From a virus, in the IMG/VR virus record IMGVR_UViG_3300025928_000005, positions 32,001 to 96,000 of that record: DNA of 64,000 bases. One strand, written 5' to 3'. A program made the translations under genes and the position numbers. Under the pieces are notes generated by a model. That model was given only the letters and a program-made list of their open reading frames with translations, was not told where the DNA came from and did no database searches. This document shows, one piece after another, positions 29,186 through 35,934 of this stretch (within the stretch, counting starts at the first letter, position 1; every line of letters begins with the position of its first letter).

Positions 29186-29329
29186 GTGGACTTCGAGGCC
29201 AGTGAGGACGACTTTCAGAGCTGGACGCCGTGCGAGATGTATGGTCACGACTACTCGCTGTGCGACCTGGACGACGGCACGACGGTCTACAGCTGCAGTG
29301 AGTGCGGCGAACCCGGCGATTCAGACTAG
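29186..29329 (+). CDS. 47-aa acidic zinc-binding miniprotein, antisense within the packaging module
   Basis: Own promoter and AAGGAG RBS; MDFEASEDDFQSWTPCEMYGHDYSLCDLDDGTTVYSCSECGEPGDSD. Confidence 0.65.
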   Translation: MDFEASEDDFQSWTPCEMYGHDYSLCDLDDGTTVYSCSECGEPGDSD

Positions 29330-29871
29330 ATCAAGTTGATCTTACGGGCCTCGGCGAGCTCGCGCTCGAGCTTCGCGATCTCCGCGTCGACGCTGTCGAC
29401 GCTGATGATCTCGGCCTTGGTGGGCGCGTCGAGGCCCAGGAGGCGCGCCCGCCGCTCCTTGATCTTGAGAATGCGGTCGACGATCTCCATGAGGAGGCGC
29501 TTGTCCGGAACGGGCAGGCCCTCCTCGTCGACGATGATCCGGCCCTGCTGGACGAGGCGCGGATTGGCCTGCAGCTCCCGCCAGCAGATGGCCTCGAGCT
29601 CGTCGTAGCTCTGCAGCTCGAGGGCCCGCGTCTCGTCCGTCGCGAAGCGGACGGCGCGGGCCATCGCGCGCTTGATGCCGGCGGCGGCCCGGTCCTCGCT
29701 GGGGCCGTTCTCCCGCTTGCCGCCGTGCCACAGCTCGAGGTGGATCGCGATCTGCTCGAGCGTCCACCCGAGAGCCTTGAGGCGCGCCGCCTCGGCGTCC
29801 CGGGTGCGGCCGTAGCTATCCACCGGGCCGATGGGAAGGGGCATCAGGAGGCGCTCGTTCTCGGTGCTCAT
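29326..29871 (-). CDS. terS: terminase small subunit
   Basis: HTH (GWTLEQIA) and ERRARLLGLDAP motif; upstream of terL. Confidence 0.75.
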   Translation of the reverse strand: MSTENERLLMPLPIGPVDSYGRTRDAEAARLKALGWTLEQIAIHLELWHGGKRENGPSEDRAAAGIKRAMARAVRFATDETRALELQSYDELEAICWRELQANPRLVQQGRIIVDEEGLPVPDKRLLMEIVDRILKIKERRARLLGLDAPTKAEIISVDSVDAEIAKLERELAEARKINLI

Positions 29872-29899
29872 CCGATCCTCCCTCTGGGTCCAGGTATGC

Positions 29900-29936
29900 G
29901 ACGACCCCACCCCCGGGGGACAGGGGTGGGGTCGTC
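29900..29936 (-). terminator. hairpin between rpf and terS
   Basis: 14-bp inverted repeat GACGACCCCACCCC/GGGGTGGGGTCGTC. Confidence 0.55.
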
Positions 29937-29960
29937 ATCTCCTCCGGGCGGTGGAGGTCT

Positions 29961-30674
<714 letters not shown>

Positions 30675-30766
30675 TCACCCACGGTCGGTCGCCGCTCTCG
30701 CGGTACCGAGCTGGGGCGCTGACCGCAGCCATCGGCAGGCTGTTGAGACAGGTCACCTCTTGGCGA

Positions 30767-30795
30767 TAGTATACCTCGTCACAATCAGCGTTGCC
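30767..30795 (-). promoter_or_regulatory. putative rpf promoter TGGCAA-N17-TATACT
   Basis: 17-bp spacing, about 110 nt upstream of the rpf start. Confidence 0.5.
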
Positions 30796-30873
30796 ATCAA
30801 CCGGTGGCTGCGCGGCCTGAACCTATCAACCATTGAAGATCAAGTAAACACCTGAGGTACGAGGAATAACACT

Positions 30874-31155
30874 TCAGTCGGCGGCGTCGATCTGGCCGGC
30901 GACCGCCTCGTGAGCCTTGATCAGCTTCTCGGCGAGGTAGACCCGTACGTGACGCTTGCGGGAGCCGTTGACGCGCTTGCCGACCGGCCGCAGCTTGATC
31001 AGGTCGATGAGGCTGCGGACCTGGCCCTCGCTGAGGTTGGGCGGCCCGAGCAGCTCGGCCGCGTCGTACACGGACCAGTACTCCGTGGCGAGGGTGGGAA
31101 CGACCGGCAGGTCACGCGAGGACCAGCCGCGGCGGGGTGAGGTGGGGTCAGTCAC
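30874..31155 (-). CDS. small HTH/excisionase-like DNA-binding protein
   Basis: WSVYDAAELLG...VRVY pattern. Confidence 0.55.
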   Translation of the reverse strand: MTDPTSPRRGWSSRDLPVVPTLATEYWSVYDAAELLGPPNLSEGQVRSLIDLIKLRPVGKRVNGSRKRHVRVYLAEKLIKAHEAVAGQIDAAD

Positions 31156-31811
31156 GAGGCGATCCCTACGTCTTGAGTGGCTGAGGCAGGCAGGCCGACG
31201 GTGCCGTCTCGCCAGGCGAGGACCCAGTCCTGGGTCACGACCGAGTAATCCATGCGGGCGACGGGGCGGCGCTCGTCACCGTCGGCGCAGGCTGGGTTGA
31301 CGCACCGGACCTCGCCGCGGCTGGACCAGAACCGCAGGGTGAGGCAGCTACAATAAGGGCAGCGAGCCTCCGACTGGCCGACGTTCCGGGGCAGCCGACG
31401 GGGGACGTCCCGCTCCCCGAGGACGACCAGGGAGCGTGAGCACCAGCCACCGAGCTGGTGGGCGGGCTCGAGGAGCCACGAGTCCTGGACGGCCTCGGCG
31501 AGGTTGCCGATCGCCCGCAAGGCGAAGATCGTGTTGGCGTCGTCACCGCCGCGGGCGTGCCAGCGCATGCCGGCGAGGTCGCGAAGGTCGTTCTCGAGGT
31601 AGCGAGCGAGCGCGTGCAGCTCGAGGACGAGGTGAGCCACCGGGGCGTTCCACGGGGGCTGCGAGTGGTCGATCCGACCGGACCGACCCCGACCACCGAG
31701 CCGGCTGACCGCGGTCGCGATGATCGCGGCCAGCCGGGCGTTGAGGTCGACGGCGCTGCTGACCGCGTCGAGCAACCGATCGCGGCCCGTTGATCTTACG
31801 GGCTCCGTCAT
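31152..31811 (-). CDS. hypothetical protein with zinc ribbon (possible regulator)
   Basis: CPYC...CVNPAC. Confidence 0.6.
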   Translation of the reverse strand: MTEPVRSTGRDRLLDAVSSAVDLNARLAAIIATAVSRLGGRGRSGRIDHSQPPWNAPVAHLVLELHALARYLENDLRDLAGMRWHARGGDDANTIFALRAIGNLAEAVQDSWLLEPAHQLGGWCSRSLVVLGERDVPRRLPRNVGQSEARCPYCSCLTLRFWSSRGEVRCVNPACADGDERRPVARMDYSVVTQDWVLAWRDGTVGLPASATQDVGIAS

Positions 31812-31849
31812 GGTGCGATAGTATCACCGCACTGACCATCGTTCGCTGA

Positions 31850-32305
31850 TCAGAAGTTACCGTTCGATACCTGAAGGCAGGGGATCCCGACCACGTTTCG
31901 CCACAGGTCGACGACCTGGTTGCGGTCGTCGAAAGCGGCGATGACGTTGAACCTGGGCTGGATCAGAACGTAGAAGAGGTGCCGCTTCAGGTCGACATCC
32001 CTAGCGTAGCGCCACTCGTCGGTGTCGGGTCGCAGGTAGAGGCTGTGCTTCACGACCTCACGGCTCAGCCGACCGTGCAGGTGGGCCGTGATGAAGTCGG
32101 TGGTCGCGTCGTGGCAGACGACGTTGCGGCCGGACGCGAACACGAGCTCGTCGCCGACGTCGAGCAGGGCCCGCGCGACGGCGAGCACGGGCTCGTTGGG
32201 GAGGTCCTCGTGGACCCGGTCCCAGTCGTAGGGCCCGCGGCCGCCCGGGGCCCGCAGGGCCAGGGTGCCGTCGACGTCGAACAGCCAGGCTCGCCTTCTC
32301 GCCAC
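31850..32305 (-). CDS. HAD-family phosphatase, polynucleotide kinase 3'-phosphatase-like
   Basis: FDVDGTLA, SGR, K and FDDRNQVVDLWR..GIPCLQV, as in the T4 Pnk phosphatase domain. Confidence 0.85.
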   Translation of the reverse strand: MARRRAWLFDVDGTLALRAPGGRGPYDWDRVHEDLPNEPVLAVARALLDVGDELVFASGRNVVCHDATTDFITAHLHGRLSREVVKHSLYLRPDTDEWRYARDVDLKRHLFYVLIQPRFNVIAAFDDRNQVVDLWRNVVGIPCLQVSNGNF

Positions 32306-32551
32306 GTGTCTGCTCCGTTTCCTAGATACGACGATGGGGCCGGGTTGACCCGGCCCCACCATCTCTCCGCGCTCACATCCAAGGTGATGAGATTACTGTA
32401 CCACTGATGTATCGCCTCTACCAGCGACTCGCCCGGCGAAGCAGCCAGAGCCAGAAGCCGAGGCGGTGCCGTCGCCGGCGTCGTCGGCGCACCTCAGCCA
32501 CGACCTGGCAGCGCGGGAAGCTGCAGCCACCGGCGCACCAAACGGCGCACC

Positions 32552-34258
32552 TCAGCTCTCCCACGGCCAGCGCCCCGCCTGGCCGGCCTCGAGGGTCAAC
32601 GGCAGCCCGAACATGGCGTCGGTCAGGCCGCCAAGCTCGTGACGGTTGCTGCCCGGCGTGACCGGCATCATCGTGTTCTTGTAGCCGGCGAGGTTGAACG
32701 CGTAGATCGGCACGTTCCGCGGGGCAGCCGAGTCGACGTCACCCACCCCGTAGTTTCCCATCGTCTGACAGTCGGTCAGGATGATGACGCGGCTGTGCTC
32801 AGGCCGCAGCGTCTCGCGGACCGCCCTCGCGATCTCGGTGCCGCCGCCGGCGCTCCCCTGGTATCGCTTGAACGTTTCCACCGCCTTGAGCAGGCTCGTG
32901 CCTGGCTCGACACCGGTGACGTGGAACTGCGTGTTCGCGAAGCCCCACGCGTCGACGCCGGCCGGGTTCCGGATCTTCAGGGCGAGCCCGAAGAGCGCGG
33001 CCGCGGTCGAGTAGTCCATCTTGGAGTTTTCGGACAGCTTGCCCCAGGTCATCGACGCGGAGGTGTCGATGAGCACGAGGGTCCGGCCCGGCAGTACGGG
33101 CACGTTCGCCAGGGAGTGGTTCACGGCCTGCTCCAGGGCGTGGCCCCACCGCAGGGACGGGGCCTCGAGGTAGGCGTTGAGGAACCGGAACGGCAGCTGA
33201 CGGCTCTTCCGGATCTGCTCCGGGTCGGCGAGCCGCGTCAGGAGCGGTCCGATCACCGAGTCCGGGACGCCGGCCTGGTCGAGGCCGCGCAGGTTGCGCA
33301 GCAGGGCCATGTAGCCGAGCTTGGGCAGCGCGAGCTGCCAGATCTCGGCGTCGGTGACGGCGCGGCCCTCGCTCGGCTTCTCGCCGAGCCACGACTTGAG
33401 CCACTCCCACTGGCCGACCATCGCCCCGTGGATCAGGTCGAGGGCGACCTGGTCGTCCGCGAGGGCGCGGCGCGCGAGGTCGTGCCGCTCGCTGGGGGTC
33501 AGGCGCGCCATCGCCCACCGGACCCGGACGTGGGTCAGGGACTCGGGCGGCTCCGCCCCGTCGCGGCCGTGCCGGGCGGTGATCGCCCACCGGAACAGGT
33601 CGTCCTGCCAGGTGCGCTCCGCGCCGGGGGTGCGGACGTCGGCGTGGGTCAGCTCGAGGACGTCGCCGAACCGCAGGGCCTTGCCCTCACCGTCGTAGCG
33701 CAGGAACGCGGCCTCGTCGTAGAGGCGCGTGACGGCGTCGGCGACGCCGCGCTTGACCGGCTTCGGCAGCTTGACGACGATCGTGCCGTCGGGGCGGGTG
33801 ACGCCGAACCGGTGCCGCCAGTAGGCGAGGAGCTCGCCCGGCTCATCGGGGCGCTGCAGCACCGACGTGACCAGCTCGCGGTTGCCGTCACCGTGCAGGC
33901 CGGCGGTGAGCCGGGCGTGCACGGCCTCCGCGGCGAGCAGGATCGACGCGGTGCGGATGTTGCCCGGGCCGCGCAGCCACGAGAGGAAGACCCGCACCCA
34001 CGGCCACGTCTCCTCGTTGACGGCGAGCTGGGCCACGAGCTCCCGCAGGCGCTGCACGTTCTCGTCCGCGGTGTCGTAGAAGCCCCTCTCACCAGCGAAC
34101 CGCGAGACCGCCCGCCTGAAGAGCTCGGACTGCGCGTCGCTCTGGAAGCCGGGCGCGCCCTCGTGGGTGAGCCCGTCCGGGGTCGCGCTGAGCGTCCGCA
34201 GCGGGCCGCTCGCGGCCGCGCGCCGCGGTTGGGTCGATGCCTTGTTGAATCCTGCCAC
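32552..34258 (-). CDS. rsr: Ro60/Rsr TROVE-domain RNA-binding protein with C-terminal vWA domain
   Basis: WLRGPGNIRT, QRPDEPGELLAYW, LPKPVKRGVADA, YMALLRNLR, SRQLPFRFLNAY, MIDAS DTSASM, GGT and IILTD. GTG start at 34258 with GAGAGGA RBS. Confidence 0.93.
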   Translation of the reverse strand: MAGFNKASTQPRRAAASGPLRTLSATPDGLTHEGAPGFQSDAQSELFRRAVSRFAGERGFYDTADENVQRLRELVAQLAVNEETWPWVRVFLSWLRGPGNIRTASILLAAEAVHARLTAGLHGDGNRELVTSVLQRPDEPGELLAYWRHRFGVTRPDGTIVVKLPKPVKRGVADAVTRLYDEAAFLRYDGEGKALRFGDVLELTHADVRTPGAERTWQDDLFRWAITARHGRDGAEPPESLTHVRVRWAMARLTPSERHDLARRALADDQVALDLIHGAMVGQWEWLKSWLGEKPSEGRAVTDAEIWQLALPKLGYMALLRNLRGLDQAGVPDSVIGPLLTRLADPEQIRKSRQLPFRFLNAYLEAPSLRWGHALEQAVNHSLANVPVLPGRTLVLIDTSASMTWGKLSENSKMDYSTAAALFGLALKIRNPAGVDAWGFANTQFHVTGVEPGTSLLKAVETFKRYQGSAGGGTEIARAVRETLRPEHSRVIILTDCQTMGNYGVGDVDSAAPRNVPIYAFNLAGYKNTMMPVTPGSNRHELGGLTDAMFGLPLTLEAGQAGRWPWES

Positions 34259-34287
34259 GTTCCGGGTTCCTCTCAGCTTGAACGAGA

Positions 34288-34327
34288 ACGAGGCCCCCAC
34301 CAGCCGTTAAGCTGGTGGGGGCCTCGT
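34288..34327 (-). terminator. 17-bp hairpin between the RNA array and the Ro60 gene
   Basis: ACGAGGCCCCCACCAGC-N6-GCTGGTGGGGGCCTCGT. Confidence 0.6.
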
Positions 34328-34369
34328 GGTGGACGGTCTCAACCGCCTGCCTTGTCGGTTGAGACCGAG

Positions 34370-34443
34370 TTGCGGGGACGGGATTTGAACCCGTGACCAC
34401 TGGGTTATGAGCCCAGCGCGCTACCGAACTGCGCCACCCCGCT
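34370..34443 (-). tRNA. tRNA-Met(CAT), initiator-like
   Basis: Cloverleaf with CTGGG-CT CAT AA-CCCAG (three G:C pairs), 1:72 mismatch and TTCAAAT T loop; no CCA. Confidence 0.92.
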
Positions 34444-34446
34444 GCA

Positions 34447-34547
34447 CGTGAGCTGGACCGGGACGAGACCTGAGGTGACGGGCGGCGTCTGTTTGCAACC
34501 AATTTGCGAAGTAGCCGCTCGTCCGCGCACCGTCCCGGCCGCTCACG
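34447..34547 (-). ncRNA. short Y RNA-like gene (Y5), no tRNA elbow module
   Basis: Terminal stem, GGUGC, inner stem, UACUUC...GGUCUC, shared with four neighbours. Confidence 0.72.
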
Positions 34548-34550
34548 AGA

Positions 34551-34631
34551 TCACCACGAGACCTGGGACGACCTGGGGCGACTCTTCAAATTAGCAGTTT
34601 GATATAGCCCCTGGTCTTTGCACCGTGGCGA
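34551..34631 (-). ncRNA. short Y RNA-like gene (Y4) with anticodon-like hairpin
   Basis: GGUGC...UAUAUC...GGUCUC scaffold; apical UCAAA-CUGCUAA-UUUGA. Confidence 0.72.
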
Positions 34632-34650
34632 AGCCTGTGTGTAGTTGTGG

Positions 34651-34797
34651 GTCGACGCGAGACCAGGTGGCTGGCGGCGTGATCCTCGAAATGCTGCCGA
34701 TTACACCACGTCCCCGAGGGGACGGCGGGATTCGAACCCGCACCTCAACCTAATCAGGGTTGTGTGAAGTAGTCGCTGGCCGTCGCACCGCGTCGAT
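34651..34797 (-). ncRNA. YrlA-like Y RNA (Y3) with permuted tRNA module including an anticodon arm
   Basis: Shared scaffold; CAACC-CUGAUUA-GGUUG, T arm GCGGG-UUCGAAU-CCCGC, looped acceptor stem and D arm. Confidence 0.85.
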
Positions 34798-34805
34798 GAA
34801 GTTGT

Positions 34806-34887
34806 GGGAACCGACTGACCTGGGTTGCCCCGGCCCATAGGCTATGACCGCCGCGTCTGGTCTCACGCTCGGTTCTAGACGTGAGCC
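34806..34887 (-). ncRNA. unassigned structured RNA
   Basis: GAACCGA/UCGGUUC stem enclosing three hairpins, one with a GCAA tetraloop. Confidence 0.45.
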
Positions 34888-34896
34888 ACGTTGCAT

Positions 34897-35027
34897 CACC
34901 TCGAGACCTGAGCGTCGGTCGGGGTAGCCGCTTGGCCGCTGCGGCGAACGACCGGGGTTGAGACCGGTCGATGGGATTCGAACCCATGATTCTTGTGGAA
35001 GTACCCGCTCGACTTCGCACCGAGGTG
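34897..35027 (-). ncRNA. YrlA-like Y RNA (Y2)
   Basis: GGUGCGAAG...UACUUC, T arm AUGGG-UUCGAAU-CCCAU, acceptor-like CGACCGG/CCGGUCG, D-like arm and GGUCUC. Confidence 0.85.
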
Positions 35028-35034
35028 CCTTGCG

Positions 35035-35109
35035 TGGCTGCCGATGGACTTGAACCACCGACCCCCGCCTTATCAGGGCGGTGCTCTAACCTGTCTGAGC
35101 TAGACAGCC
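35035..35109 (-). tRNA. tRNA-Ile(GAT)
   Basis: Cloverleaf with CCGCC-CT GAT AA-GGCGG; no CCA. Confidence 0.93.
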
Positions 35110-35113
35110 GTAC

Positions 35114-35211
35114 GGTGAGATCCTACCACCGGGAGGGAGTCGAACCCGCTAGGTTGGTCGCGACACCAACCCGTCGTCCGGACGCGGAGTTGAACCGAGC
35201 CGGATCTCACC
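35114..35211 (-). ncRNA. unassigned RNA with two T-loop hairpins
   Basis: 10-bp closing stem GGUGAGAUCC/GGAUCUCACC; CGG-UUCAACU-CCG and GGG-UUCGACU-CCC. Confidence 0.65.
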
Positions 35212-35235
35212 TGAGCGACCTCGCGTAGTCGCCTG

Positions 35236-35307
35236 CGCCGGAGACGGGGATCGAACCCGCGACCTCTCCCTCGACAGGGGAGCGCTCTTCCATTGAGCTA
35301 CTCTGGC
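35236..35307 (-). tRNA. tRNA-Asp(GTC)
   Basis: Cloverleaf with CTCCC-CT GTC GA-GGGAG and G73; one acceptor mismatch. Confidence 0.9.
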
Positions 35308-35310
35308 TTA

Positions 35311-35383
35311 CGTGGTCCTCTGGCCGCTGAGGTACACCCCCTCGAAGTGGAGGTGAGGGGACTCGAACCCCCGACTTCCCACC
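35311..35383 (-). ncRNA. free circularly permuted tRNA-like RNA without anticodon loop
   Basis: GUGG, GAAGUC, T arm GGGGG-UUCGAGU-CCCCU, acceptor CACCUCC-loop-GGGGGUG, UA, D arm CCUC-AGCGGCCA-GAGG, A, CCAC. Confidence 0.75.
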
Positions 35384-35384
35384 G

Positions 35385-35458
35385 TGACTGCCGCTGGACT
35401 CGAACCAGCTACCTTCCGAGTTTCAACCGGACGCTCTCCCAGCTTGAGCTAGGCAGCC
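35385..35458 (-). tRNA. tRNA-Phe(GAA)
   Basis: Cloverleaf with TCCGG-TT GAA AC-TCGGA. Confidence 0.9.
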
Positions 35459-35460
35459 AA

Positions 35461-35570
35461 GCACACGGTGAACCATCGCCGATCCATCAGCATCGAACGC
35501 GATGTTCGATGCTTTTACCACGGACCAGGGACTCGAGTACTGCCCGTGGTGGGCTGACACCCGTGCGTGC
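35461..35570 (-). ncRNA. unassigned multibranched structured RNA
   Basis: Closing stem GCACGG/CCGUGU; inner ACCACGG/CCGUGGU and 10-bp AGCAUCGAAC/GUUCGAUGCU hairpins. Confidence 0.5.
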
Positions 35571-35579
35571 CTTCCCTTG

Positions 35580-35651
35580 TACCCCACGCCGGGATCGAAC
35601 CGGCGCCTTCCGCTTGAGGGGCGGAGGTGACTACCACTACACCAGTGGGGC
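35580..35651 (-). tRNA. tRNA-Glu(CTC)
   Basis: Cloverleaf with TCCGC-CC CTC AA-GCGGA (C33 instead of U33). Confidence 0.88.
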
Positions 35652-35653
35652 GT

Positions 35654-35814
35654 GAAACCTCACCGAGACCATTGAGCCTGCCCTCGGTTTTCTTTCTGAC
35701 TCTTGCTCTGCCAAGTTGAGCTACCCCACGACCGAGGTCGAGGGGACGGGACTTGAACCCGCAACCCAGAGTTCCGCTTGAAGTATCCGAGTGCGTTCGC
35801 ACCGGTGAGGCTTC
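35654..35814 (-). ncRNA. canonical-looking YrlA-like Y RNA (Y1)
   Basis: GGUGCGAAC...UACUUC, ACUCU/AGAGU connector stem, T arm GCGGG-UUCAAGU-CCCGU, looped acceptor, D arm GCUC-AACUUGGCA-GAGC and GGUCUC. Confidence 0.87.
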
Positions 35815-35880
35815 GTTGATCGCCGGTTGACGCCTGGTGGCCGGTCGTTCTGACTGCCGGGCTGAACCGGTGATGGTGAA

Positions 35881-35910
35881 ACCGTATCAGACAGCAACGA
35901 GCGTTGTCCA
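35881..35910 (-). promoter_or_regulatory. putative promoter of the RNA array/Ro60 operon (TGGACA-N18-TACGGT)
   Basis: In the AT-richer divergent intergenic region. Confidence 0.55.
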
Positions 35911-35934
35911 GGGTAAATCTCAACAACTTTGCTG

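Noticed and set aside
34259-34300. Longer Ro60 start at 34300
   Set aside because: It lies inside the hairpin; the GTG at 34258 has an RBS and gives a typical xxFN N-terminus.
34806-34887. HDV-like/theta ribozyme
   Set aside because: No room for P3/L3 between the candidate P2 and P1 strands.
35114-35211. tRNA-Sec or intron-containing tRNA
   Set aside because: No D arm or anticodon arm in cloverleaf order; it has two T arms instead.
35461-35570. Hammerhead ribozyme (CUGAUGG)
   Set aside because: The core deviates from CUGAUGA and there is no GAAA after the next stem.
34447-35814. CRISPR array interpretation of the recurring GAGACC/GCACC motifs
   Set aside because: The motifs are short, irregularly spaced and embedded in paired stems; no cas genes.
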